Notes under the pieces: model-generated
The model's input: only the letters and a program-made list of their open reading frames with translations
Databases searched by the model: none
What the model was told of the DNA's origin: nothing
Translations under genes and position numbers: made by a program
Assembly (NCBI RefSeq): GCF_000143415.4
Contig: NW_003314349.1
Coordinates: 133,172-197,171, forward strand
DNA length: 64,000 nucleotides
Direction of reading: 5' to 3'
From: Selaginella moellendorffii
Taxonomy: Eukaryota > Plantae > Lycopodiophyta
Shown here: piece by piece, positions 11,476-22,033 of the stretch
How the letters are laid out: every line of letters starts with the position of its first letter
How positions within the stretch are numbered: the stretch's first letter is position 1

Positions 11476-13961
11476 ATGATGGCGATGGTGGTGCTTCTAC
11501 AAATCATCTCCTTGCTTCTGGGTAAGCTCCCTTCTCTCTCGGATTTTTCCTTCTTCTCCTTTGCTGGTCTTGCATTGTTCTTCGCGTTCGTGTTTCATGC
11601 CGTCACACCCCTCTCACTCACCTACACTCTTCACAGAGAAAGGAAAGAAGGAAGCCAAAAAAAATGTGATTTTTTTTTTCTTTCCTCCACTCCATCCAAG
11701 CGCTTGTTGACAAATCGATCACGTCACGAGAGATCAAACGGGAAGCTTTGATCTTTGGCCAGTGTTAGAGCCGTGATCTCGCGACGCTCGCTAAGTGTCG
11801 CAAACTCTCTCGAGCAGCCACTCTCAAGTTCTTCCTCCAGTTTGTCGGTGCTAGTGCCGTGATCCGTTTCTTCGATCCATCCATCCATCCCCAAAATTCC
11901 AGTGCCTCTGCTGATCAATTCGCTAAGATCCAAGCTCCGCCAGCGACAGAGACTGTTGCTAGCGCGAGCGTTGCGACATTTCATTCGCTCCACTGTAGCT
12001 CCTCCTTGTCTCCATCGCCAGCGATCGCCCACGATCGCGACTCCAAGCCAAAGCAAAGCAAAAGGAATTAAAGCTCTCTCTCTCTGTCTCTCTCTCTCCC
12101 TCTCTCTCTGTGCCATGCCACCACGCCATAGCCGCGAAGACCAAAGAGAGTCACAAGAGAGACGTTTCCTATACTTCCTTTCTCTCTTCCTTACAAATGG
12201 TGTCTCTAACGGTGGCAATGCCAAACGATGGCGACAGGGGCGGTCCGGCTGGCGGTATCCGACGGTACCTTCACCATCCAGAACAACTGTGCCGTCACGA
12301 TATGGCTCGGCGTCGTCTCCAACGCGGGCATCCAACCGCTCACCTTGGACAACACCATGCTCTCCACCGGCCAGACCATGACCGTCACCACGCCTTCCAA
12401 TTGGGGGGGGCGGTTCTGGGGCCGCACGGGATGCAGCCGCGGCACCGACGGCACCTTCACCTGCGCCATGGGCGACTGTGACGGGCGGGAGCAGTGCACC
12501 GTCGGCGGCAAGCCGCCCGCGACGCTCGTAGGTAAGAACCGTGCCGCGCGGTACTAACCGCTACACCGCGCGGTACTAACCGACGTCGCCGTGTGTGCAG
12601 AGTTTACGCTCAGCGGCTATGCCAACAAGGATTTCTACGACGTGTCGCTGGTGGATGGCTACAATCTGCCCATGGCGGTATCGCCAGACGGCGGCGGCCA
12701 GGGGCGCAACGCGACCGATACCAAGAGCTGCGGTGCCGCCGGCTGCACGGGGGATCTCAACCGGAACTGCCCGGCGGCACTCCAGGTGACGGGCACCGGT
12801 AACGTGGTGGGATGCCGCAGCGCCTGCGACGCTTTCAAGGAGCCGCAGTACTGCTGCACTGGAGAGAACGCGCTGCCAACGACGTGCAAGCCCACCGATT
12901 ACTCGAAAGCTTTCAAGCAGTCGTGCCCGAATGCTTATAGCTACGCTTACGATGATCTCAGCTCCACTTTTACGTGCATGGGAGGGCGCTACACTATCGT
13001 GTTTTGTCCCACCGCGACCGACCTGTGAGTATCTCTCTCTTTTCTTCTTTCGTTCAATCCATCCGTGGAGAGTTCCATCTTTGAGCAAAGTTTTTCATGA
13101 TCTTGGGTTGGTTTTTTTCTCGTTTTTTCTTTCTCTTTTCTTTTGGGTCGATTGATCTCTGGTTTCTTTCAATCCATCCATCCATCCATCCATCACACTT
13201 CTAGAGAGTGATTTTCAGTTCGTTTTTCTCGTTTTTGTTTTCTTGGGTCAATTGTCCACCACCATTGCTTGTCCCTATCTTGCCCACCGCCACCTATAGG
13301 ATAAGCGATTCCTTTTTCTCAGAAGAGCATCTTCTCAGCAGTCAGTACTGAGTGTTTGCTTTCTCTTTTCTTTTGTTTTTTAGTTTCTTCGTATATTTGT
13401 ATGTTGTTTTTCCACGTCAGTTTCAATCCTGTTTGAGATTCTATGTGATTGTGGTCATTGTCCATTTTTTGAGAATTTTCACGGTTTTTTTTTTCGTTTC
13501 TAGTTCCAAATCTTCCAACTCTTCCGGCAACTTTGCCAAGTTTTCTCCCGCGTACATATTCGTAACTGCGTTGGCCTTCTTTTTTTTAACTGCGTGAAGG
13601 CACCTCCATCACGTAAATTGTCTGTACAATACAATTTCGCGACCACCATCCACTTGACTTGGAGTTTGAGAGTTCTTCGCTCGATCTTAGTCTCGATGCC
13701 ACTTCTCTATGCTAACGCTTTGGTTTCCCTTACAGATCCGATGATAACAATGGAGTCCAATTTCCCGAAGCTCAAGCAGTTCCAGCTCCAGCAGTACCAT
13801 CCACCGATGGTGGCGACAACTTCCCAGTCGGAGGATCATCGCCCACGGTAGGAACCAACTTTCGGATAATCGCTCCATCCAGCGCGCCGTCACGGATCCA
13901 GTCTTTGTGGTGGCCACTGGGCCTCACGCTAGGCGTAGTTCTATTCAAAAGCATTTCTTAG
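11476..13961 (+). CDS. Thaumatin-like protein (PR-5) with signal peptide; exons 11476-11521, 12238-12531, 12601-13024 and a last exon (13736-13961 or 13504-13597)
   Basis: Signal exon MMAMVVLLQIISLLLG; FTIQNNC, WGGRFWGRTGC, DFYDVSLVDGYNLPM, FKQSCPNAYSYAYDD; splice phases 1, 1 and 2 all match. Confidence 0.93.
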
Positions 13962-14078
13962 GATCATCAAAGAAAACACTGATCGATCGATTGATTGTTT
14001 CATCGGTCCATAGAGAGAGTTCCAAACAGGGGTTCCAAAACACAATAAAAAACTAAAGAACAATAAAGAAAAGAGATC

Positions 14079-14766
14079 TCAAACAGTTTCCGTGGCTATT
14101 TGGACAACTTCTGGTGCTTCTTGACTCGCTGCTAGCTTCGCAACCACCGGCGGCGCAACTGGAACTTCGTCGACGTAGTGCATCAAAACGGTGAACCCGA
14201 GCTGCGTGATTCCAACGATGATCGAAAAAGCCTCGAGAACTCTCTGGCAAGAACAAACCACGATAAGCGAAAACCAAAGCATAGAAGTAGGATTATATAC
14301 GCACGAATTTGCTATTGTCGCTGCCGAGATTGACGTTCTTGCTCGCAAAGCTGGAAGAACTCGTTAAGATCCTTGCAGGATGAAAAGGGGGGAACTTACC
14401 CGAGAGCCACCAGAGAGAAGGCAGCGGAGATGATCGCGGTGGCCGAGGCCGATGCGTGGGAGACCGCGGCCGGGTATTTCACGTAGTAAAGGCTGCTTAC
14501 TGCTGATAGCGTTCCGACCACTCCAGTCAGCAGCGAGACCAAGATCAACATCAAACGAGACAAGTCTGGAGAACAAATCCAAAGAGAGAACTCCACAAAG
14601 TTGTAAGAAGAAAATAATCACCTTTGCCAAGCATAAGATCTCCCGCAACATTCTCGAAAGCCCACGTCGAGAAGCCAATGAGGATGAGATACAAGAGCAG
14701 ATTAATCACACCCAAGACTCCCGCCGCCAACTTTGCCGATACCCAGTTACACACGATGCACGCCAT
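14079..14766 (-). CDS. AWPM-19-like membrane protein (copy 1), multi-exon
   Basis: INLLLYLILIGFSTWA, LLTGVVGTLS, ASASATAII and LEAFSIIVGITQL match the four-TM AWPM-19 pattern. Confidence 0.75.
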
Positions 14767-14928
14767 CGCCGCCAAACGATGATTATTAGCCGCGAACTAA
14801 TTTTATAAAAATACACTCACGAGACGTATAAAATATATAGATTTTAAAAAGCTGCAAAAATAGTTTCAACGAAAATCATAAATATAAATCATAAATAATA
14901 ACAATAAGAAATATAAAGAGAAGTGCTT

Positions 14929-15002
14929 TGCTTTCACTGAGAGTTGAACTCAGGACCTCCCGCTTACTAAACGGGTGCTCTGACCAAATGAGCTATGAAA
15001 GC
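14929..15002 (-). tRNA. tRNA-Thr(AGT) copy 1
   Basis: GCTTTCATAGCTCATTTGGTCAGAGCACCCGTTTAGTAAGCGGGAGGTCCTGAGTTCAACTCTCAGTGAAAGCA; cloverleaf with anticodon AGT. Confidence 0.97.
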
Positions 15003-15133
15003 TGAATAAAACATGTGAAATAATAATTAATATATATATTATATTCTAAATAATAATAATATTAAAATATATTCTTATTATGAGTGCTTCCTCACATTAT
15101 GAATATTTTATTAAACAATAATTTTAATAGTTT

Positions 15134-15207
15134 TGCTTTCACTGAGAGTTGAACTCAGGACCTCCCGCTTACTAAACGGGTGCTCTGACCAAATGAGCTA
15201 TGAAAGC
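15134..15207 (-). tRNA. tRNA-Thr(AGT) copy 2
   Basis: Identical 74-nt sequence to copy 1. Confidence 0.97.
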
Positions 15208-15340
15208 TGAATAAAACAACAATTAAAATATAAGTCATATTACACTGTAAACTAAAATAGTAATAATAGCAATTAATTTAAGAAAAGAGTTAAAAATATA
15301 CAAAAAAATTTATAGTTAAAATAATAGATTTAAATAACTT

Positions 15341-15414
15341 TGCTTTCACTGAGAGTTGAACTCAGGACCTCCCGCTTACTAAACGGGTGCTCTGACCAAA
15401 TGAGCTATGAAAGC
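15341..15414 (-). tRNA. tRNA-Thr(AGT) copy 3
   Basis: Identical 74-nt sequence to copy 1. Confidence 0.97.
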
Positions 15415-15442
15415 TAGATGAAGATTGAGCGAAGCTCCAGCG

Positions 15443-16536
15443 TTATGACGTTACATCCGAGATGGTAATGCTTCCCGATTGATCGACATCTTGCTCCCGA
15501 AAGTCATCCAAGATCGCTTTCACGTCCGCGTCCTGGATCTTGCCGAGCTCAATCAACTTGTAGATCACAAACTCGGGAGCACTGCCATGCATGCACGAGA
15601 TATATCAAGTTCTTTCCTCTTGGGTCCATCGCAGCAAAGAAGATCGATCGAGAAGCTGTTAAGCTTTACGTACCTGAGCCTGCCATCTTTGTCAATATCG
15701 GCCGCCTCCACGTCCGAGATCGTCACCTTTCGCGAGAGAACCCACTTTGCGATGGCGTGCTGCCGCTCCTCGGTGATGAGCTCGGCGAGGTAGAGCATGA
15801 ACTGCGCGACGCAAGCGGTGCTGGCCAGGATCCAAAACACCGCACAGATCCTCCCGACCTCCGTCCTGAAAGCTCGATCGCCATAGCCCAGCGTGGTGAC
15901 GGTCACGCAAACGCAGTAGAACGAGTTGACGAAGCCGAGGCCCTCGACTCCCATGAGAATGCCGATGCCGGCCCCGAGGACGATCACCACCAATCCAGCA
16001 GCGACGAGAACTTTGTGCTGCACGCTCGTGATCCGGGACTCTCCCGACTGCTCGAGCTGCTGTTGCTCCTCGAGAGCTTTCTCGAGCAATCGCTGCTGCT
16101 TCTCCACGAAGTAGTTCGCGGCGTTGCCGATGATGAGGCCGATGAGGCCGAAGCCGAGGAAGACGAAGGCGCAGGTGAAGAGCTTGGCGGTGCTTGTGTG
16201 GGGGACGAGATCACCATAGCCGACGGTGGTCATGGTGACGGCGCAAAAGTAGAGGGCGTCGACGATGTTCACGGTTCTCTCGCCCTCGAAGCCGTGCTTG
16301 ACGTAGATGAAGCACAGGAGTCCCACGCCGATGTAGATGAGGAGGATCATGGCGGCTCGCTGGGGCGTGAGGATGGCCAGGTTTGCAACGGGCGGGAGCT
16401 CGGGTTGTGGGGGCTTCCCGGTCGACCGCTGTCGATCCAGGCTATAGTTTGCTCCAGTGTCGCTCGCGCATTTCTTGAGGTGGTGGTCCTTGGGATCGCT
16501 CGCAGGAACGAGCAAAGGCTCTCTAGTGTTGCTCAT
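15443..16536 (-). CDS. TPK: Two-pore potassium channel (TPK/KCO family) with C-terminal EF hands; 2 exons
   Basis: Two pore loops TTVGYGD and TTLGYGD and EF hand DIDKDGRL. After one intron the last exon reads APEFVIYKLIELGKI...DVDQSGSITISDVTS, with TAA at 15445-15443. Confidence 0.93.
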
Positions 16537-16579
16537 GCTTCTCACCAAAAACTAGAAATGAAACAAATGAGCTAGATCG

Positions 16580-17210
16580 AGAAAACCATGGACGAAGTCG
16601 AGAAGTCAATGACGAGAGAGATCTACCGTACACTTAAACCCTTAAGAAAAGAATGAGACCTCTCTTCTATGCCGTACGAAGAAGAGACTTCTAGGACCTA
16701 AACTCGAGGATCCCAAGTTGGAGTTTGATGGGATGCCCAAAAACTTATCCTTGCTTAGACGACAAGACAAACAACCGCCAAGGTACCTGGACTGGAGCTC
16801 TGCCCTTCCAAACGCTCAACGCCCAGACCTAGAAAATGTGGCCAGTCCAGAGCTCGATTCCTCACCCCTTCACTCCCACCAACTTATAACCAAGCTTTTC
16901 CACGTGAAATTATAATCCACTACGTGGCCATGCTATTTTGTCACATCGTGGATGAGAATTCTTTGACATCATCATTTTGAGCTTTGAAGAAATGGATAAA
17001 GAGAAAGGTTCTCTCTGACCAAGACAATGCTCAAGAGATTTTTAATACTTTGCTGTCAATGTCGTGATCATATGGTGAGTTCATGGCTCCCTGGAGTGTT
17101 TATTGACAGAATTCTTATATCTTTGTTCTTTTTGTCAATACCGTGCTTGATCTAAACTTCTTGCCTAGCATACAAAGAAACCATGTTTCCCACACGTAGC
17201 ACAAAGATGA
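16580..17210. repeat. Non-coding tandem segmental duplicate, copy 1 (TPK upstream region)
   Basis: Shares colinear blocks GAGATCTACCGTACA, GGACTGGAGCTCTGCCCTTCCAAACGCTC, TATTTTGTCACATCGTGGATG, TTCTCTCTGACCAAGACAATGCTCA and TGTTTCCCACACGTAGCACAAAGATGA with 17589-18307. Confidence 0.9.
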
Positions 17211-17588
17211 AGAGGGAGAGGGAGAGAGAGCAAAGAGAGACTTGCTTGATCTAATTACTGAAATAACAGTGAATCCTAAACCTTAATAGTTAGGTAGTCA
17301 CGATTACTTAAAAAAGCAAACATTGTGATGAGGAACTTACTATGCCATCTCTGTGATGATATTCTTGCCATCTTTTTGGCAAATCTGCAGTGTTCCCTCA
17401 ACCTCCAGGAGTCCATACATCCATTTGGTAGAAAAACAGCCATCGGCACTGTCCCGGGGTGGCCATTGTTGATATTGCGAATCACCCCTGGTTCAGGGCA
17501 GCTTGTGATCTAGAACCTTTTTCCTTTATGAGGTAAAAAAGGATTCGAGTAAAAGGAAAATATTCTTTTAATTTACGCGAGAAAGAGC

Positions 17589-18307
17589 AGAAAACCAATG
17601 GGACAAAGAGACAGTGAGATCTACCGTACAACTAGAAGAATAAGACCTCTCTTATACCGTACTTCTAGGATGCAAATTCGAGGTTAGTTTGATGCGATGG
17701 AATCGCCCCAAAACTTATCCTTAGCTTAGAACTCAAAAGACAAGACACACAACGGCCAAGGTGCATGGACTGGAGCTCTGCCCTTCCAAACGCTCCTAAA
17801 ATCGAATCCTCGCACTTATAACCAACGCTTTTTCACGTGAAATCTTAATCCACTAGGTGGCCAGGCCAAGTTATTTTGTCACATCGTGGATGGATGCTCG
17901 AGAAATTCTTTGATATCATCTTTGGAGAAATGGATAAAGAAGGAAAAGATAGTGTTCTCTCTGACCAAGACAATGCTCAGGAAATTTTATTTCTTTTCCT
18001 GTCAATGTGGTGATCGTATGGTGAGTTCATGGCTCTCCTTGTTTCGATTCCACTTCTTTGGGCTCCACTTTGGTTTTTTGTCACCACTTACCAAACCTTC
18101 CTTGTGTGTGACAGATAGCTTTTGGAGCACGCAAGAAAACTCTCCATGAGTTTTTTCTTGAGAGATTTCCTATGTAGTTGGCTCTTTTTTGTCAATGCCA
18201 TGCTTGATTTAGAGATCTTGCCTGGCATCCCAATCCCCAGCTGGCCGCATTGTCTTGCCATGATACAAAGAAATCAAAGATGTTTCCCACACGTAGCACA
18301 AAGATGA
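17589..18307. repeat. Non-coding tandem segmental duplicate, copy 2
   Basis: Same blocks as 16580-17210 in the same order, with indels. Confidence 0.9.
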
Positions 18308-18537
18308 TGGCCAAAGAGAGAGAAGTATGGAGAGAGGAAACTATGGATATGGCGAGCAAAGAATTAGCGCAAATCCTTTAAAGTTGAAACATCTTCGAAA
18401 ATCTTTACATCGAGAGAGAGAGGAGAGAGAGGAGAGAGGAGAAAATCTAAAAAATCCGCCATGGTGGTGTGTGTAAGTAGTGTTCTCGGAGTGTGTTGTG
18501 TTGTATCCTTTTCCTTTCTTTTCTTCCTTGCGATCGA

Positions 18538-19326
18538 TCATACTGCCGCCTCCGCGCTTGTGTGTGGCGGCGCCTCGGGCGGCGCCGTCGCCTCCTTGGT
18601 GGCCGTGGTCTCCCCCGCCGCCGCTGGCGCAGCTGGAGCCGCCGGCGCCGTGTGGCCGATGAGCTTATCGTGGCCAAAGATCCCGTGAACGAGCAAAGTG
18701 TAGAGAAGCTGGGTGATTGCACTTATGATCGCGTATGCCGCCAGCGTCGTCTATCATCCAATCCAGACAAGAAACTCGGCTCCAAAGTTCTCGGAAGAAG
18801 AAAAGAATCGTCTTACCAGCTTCTTGTTGTGGAGGCCACCAACGTGGATGTATTTCGAGGCAACGCTGCCAGGAACCAAGAGAAATCCTCGTCAGAAACC
18901 CGAGAAGCTTGAAGAGATCGAGCAGGGAGGAGGAAATTGACTCACCCAAGAGCCAGGATTGTGACCGGCACCGCGAGAATCGATGTAGCCATCGCCGAAG
19001 CTCTGCTCTCGGAGTTCCATCTCCTCAAGTAGTAGAGACCCGCCAGCACCGAGGCAATGCCCACCACTCCAGCGAGCAATGTGTAGGTGATGAGATCGGA
19101 AGTCACCTTGTTCCCTGCCAAGAACAAAGATCACAAGAACACAAGTTAGAACTCGCCAAGAATCTTGGAAGAACAACACACCTCCCAATCGACCACTCAT
19201 TTGCTTGTCGTAGGCCCAGCCCGCGAATCCCAGAATAACAGCGTAGAGGGCGAAATTGAGCGCTAGCAGAGGACGGAGCAATGGCTTGAGCGTCATCTGG
19301 TGCCTGAGCTGCGGAGGGATCGCCAT
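18538..19326 (-). CDS. AWPM-19-like membrane protein (copy 2), 4 exons
   Basis: LLRPLLALNFALYAVILGFAGWA | GNKVTSDLITYTLLAGVVGIASVLAG..RRWNSES | VASKYIHVGG..KKL | TTLAAYAIISAITQLLYTLLVH and an Ala/Pro-rich tail; GT-AG introns in frame. Confidence 0.88.
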
Positions 19327-19668
19327 AGCCGCCGCCAAGATCACCCAAAAAGAAGAAAAAAGAATTTCTCCCTCTTTCCCGTTCGAGCCAGCCTTGGCCG
19401 CTATATACTCCCCCGCGGTAAAAAAATCCGAGTAAAAAAACGCCGGCGCTCCCGCTATCCAGGAGGGAAATGTGGGCTTGCCCAGGTGGGTAAAAATCCT
19501 GGCTTTTTACCACTCGGTTTTATCCGTGGCTGCCGAGGATTCCGTTCGTTTGGCGGCAAGTGGGGGGCTGCCACAGCCAGCTTTGCAGCGGCGTCCCAAC
19601 GGCTATGATCTGGCGGCCCTCGCAGATCCAACGGCTGGGATTGGGTGTATGCTGTAGGCCTCGCTGTC

Positions 19669-19678
19669 GCCACGTGGC
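19669..19678. promoter_or_regulatory. Palindromic G-box/ABRE GCCACGTGGC upstream of AWPM-19 copy 2
   Basis: Perfect motif about 350 bp upstream of the ATG, with a TATA-like sequence near 19402-19407; the AWPM-19 family is ABA-induced. Confidence 0.55.
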
Positions 19679-20152
19679 CAGAGTGGACATGACCCGTCAC
19701 CCGTCAGGCTTTGGTGGACGGTTCGATTCCCACCAATCTTTATTGGATTAGATGATATCGCTTCATTAACAGGAGGGCTTCCTGCCTGGAATCCATGTTC
19801 GGTGGCTATTGTTTTTGTGATATCACTTTGGAGAGATGATGATATTATTCCTTGGCTTGGCTCAACTCCAATTCTTCTATGAGGTAGCTTTAAAGGTGGC
19901 TGGACGTGCTGCAAGGGAGATCGGTTGAGAGGAAACAAAAGACTGGAGAATGGAATAAATGGAGTTCTGCCACTGTCGTTCAGGATCATGTGTAATGTTC
20001 CACACATACATCAACCAACTGGGTGCCATTATAAATATGAATTGTCCAATTTGGGTTTTGATCACACAAAATGGTTAAAAAAAAAGTAGATTCTTATTAA
20101 GCTTCTTAATTTCTTCTATGACTATTAACAATAGATGAAGAGTAAAAGTCTC

Positions 20153-20320
20153 TGAGTAAGAAGTTCGTGGATGGCAGATGCAAAACAATCGTACTCGGCC
20201 ATTTTAGCGAAGAGGAAGCCAAGCGATTTGTATCTGAGCACTTGGCACCACGCCTGGGCTTGACGCTCCGGCACGGCTGGGAGGAGAGCGTTTGGCCTCC
20301 TATCTTCGTGGCAGTAGGCT
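20153..20320 (+). pseudogene. Short remnant of the ATPase ORF (paralogous to about 21262-21430)
   Basis: KKFVDGRCKTIVLGHFSEEEAKRFVSEHLAPRLGLTLRHGWEESVWPPIFVAVG aligns with KKFADGRCRAIELGLFSEEEAKQFFSEYVAPFVGLTLPQDWETSVWPCIFEAAG. Confidence 0.9.
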
Positions 20321-20468
20321 TACTAAGGCTGATGTATTAACGTAAACTAAACATTTATTTTAGTATAATTTTTATTAAGGTTTGCTGTGCATGCAAAGAC
20401 ACTTGCGTTTCAAGTTGGCGAGCACAAAATTCAACGACGGAACCAACTGCATTGGAAGATTGTAGAGA

Positions 20469-20735
20469 ATGGCGGTCAAGCTCTCGTGTGCTCTTCTCGC
20501 CCTCATGGTGATCACCAGCTCGTTGGCTGAGGCGTATATGGTGGAAGAATTCGACAGCTATCTGGATCGAGGCCGGGAACACGACCACCGTCAAGTTGGC
20601 GTTCGCAAGGGAGCCGTGTGTTCTTCGTGCAGCAAGAAGTACTGCGCTAATCCTTTCAACCATTGCCACTGCGAGAATGGTTGTAGCGAGTGCTCTTGCT
20701 GCATCACCCAGCCAAGCTTTAGCGATGAGGATTGA
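20469..20735 (+). CDS. Secreted cysteine-rich peptide precursor, copy 1 (88 aa; family not recognised)
   Basis: Hydrophobic signal peptide, charged pro-region, RK site, core C-x2-C-x4-C-x6-C-x-C-x3-C-x2-C-x-C-C and acidic tail SFSDED; intact paralogue at 22034-22303. Confidence 0.8.
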   Translation: MAVKLSCALLALMVITSSLAEAYMVEEFDSYLDRGREHDHRQVGVRKGAVCSSCSKKYCANPFNHCHCENGCSECSCCITQPSFSDED

Positions 20736-20805
20736 AATGCCTCTCCATAGTTTGATCTTGATCATGCTAACCTTCAAAATAAAGAAAACTTTCTGAGCTT
20801 AGGTC

Positions 20806-21106
20806 TTCTTTTCACGCAAATTCTGTTTGTTTGAGAGAGTGTCAAAACGAAACGTGAGAAGATCGCAGTGTGGAGAGGTTTGCTGCTCGACACTCTCATC
20901 GGCCGGTTCTTGACGAGAGGAACCAGCGGCACCACGTCTGTGATAAATGGGTAGTCAGCCTCAAGTTGGATACACGAACAAACAGAAGTTTTGACATGCA
21001 AAATGGATACAAACGAGAACATTACACCTGTATCAAATCTTTCATTGTGAACTGCCCCGGATCGATGATCTTTACCATCTTATTCGTGTCAATGCCTGGA
21101 AGAAGC
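20806..21106 (-). pseudogene. Deleted duplicate of the 3' end of the neighbouring kinase gene
   Basis: [26 protein letters not shown] versus [29 protein letters not shown]; colinear with 22455-22890 but with many deletions. Confidence 0.9.
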
Positions 21107-21111
21107 GAGTC

Positions 21112-21867
21112 TTGATACTACCCAAAGAGAAGCTCGCCAAGTGGGAAGGCGTCTACGACAAGGAGCTCGACGACTTGCTCAGTTTCCTGGAGGCCATAAC
21201 CAAGCAGACTCGGAGAGCTCATGTGATCATGGCTTCCTCGGACGAGTTCTTCCGGTCGTGGCTGTGTAAGAAGTTCGCGGATGGAAGATGCAGAGCAATA
21301 GAACTTGGCCTCTTTAGCGAGGAGGAAGCCAAGCAGTTTTTCTCCGAGTACGTGGCACCATTTGTGGGCTTGACGCTCCCGCAAGACTGGGAGACGAGTG
21401 TCTGGCCTTGCATCTTCGAGGCAGCTGGTGGAAGCCCGTATCTATTGAAGACGGTGGCGTGCAACGCTTCTCTTGACGATGGTGAGTGTGCTACCAATCT
21501 ACTGGCACAAGCCCAGGATCTCATAGACATGGAAAAGGTGAACCTGGAGATAGCTTTGCACCTTGGGGAGGAGGAAGGATGGACTCGAGCGGAGTTGGCT
21601 GGGATCTTAAAGGCGATTGTGCAGGGCGGTGGTGCCGTGACATACAAGAAGGTGGTAGCCGAAGTGTTCTGTTGGCAGATCAACCGTGCTAACGAAGTTG
21701 TAAAACGGCTGGTGCGCAACAAGGTCATCCATGTTCGCGTGCTTACCAGGGTTACCAAGTACAGAGACATGCCTGCGCAGCACACCGAAGCGGGTGCGTA
21801 CCTCATGGCCACCAGTCCTGCGGCATATGCAGCCATGAAGTCAGGTTCATACTTGCTGTATTGTTAA
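21112..21867 (+). pseudogene. 5'-truncated intronless P-loop ATPase-like ORF (archaeal-ATPase/ATPase_2-like, C-terminal two-thirds)
   Basis: Open for 251 codons: LLSFLEAITKQ..AHVIMASSDEFF..W, ELGLFSEEEAKQFF and GGSPYLL (GxP-like). It has no Walker A and no upstream ATG, and begins at the junction with the kinase remnant. The family call rests on recalled motif similarity. Confidence 0.6.
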
Positions 21868-22033
21868 ACTGTTTTCAAGCATTTAATATTTTCTAATATA
21901 GTTATTTTACTGAGACTGTGCATGCAAAGACTAGCATGTCTTTCACTTGCGTTTCATGCAACTGAAAGTTGGCGAGCATAAAACCCAACGAGGGACAAGC
22001 GACGTGACCAACTGCATTGGAAGATTATAGAGA

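Noticed and set aside
14929-15414. CRISPR-like array (identical repeats with unique spacers of similar length)
   Set aside because: The repeats are 74-nt tRNA-Thr cloverleaves, the spacers are about 130 bp, there are no cas genes and the context is a plant nucleus.
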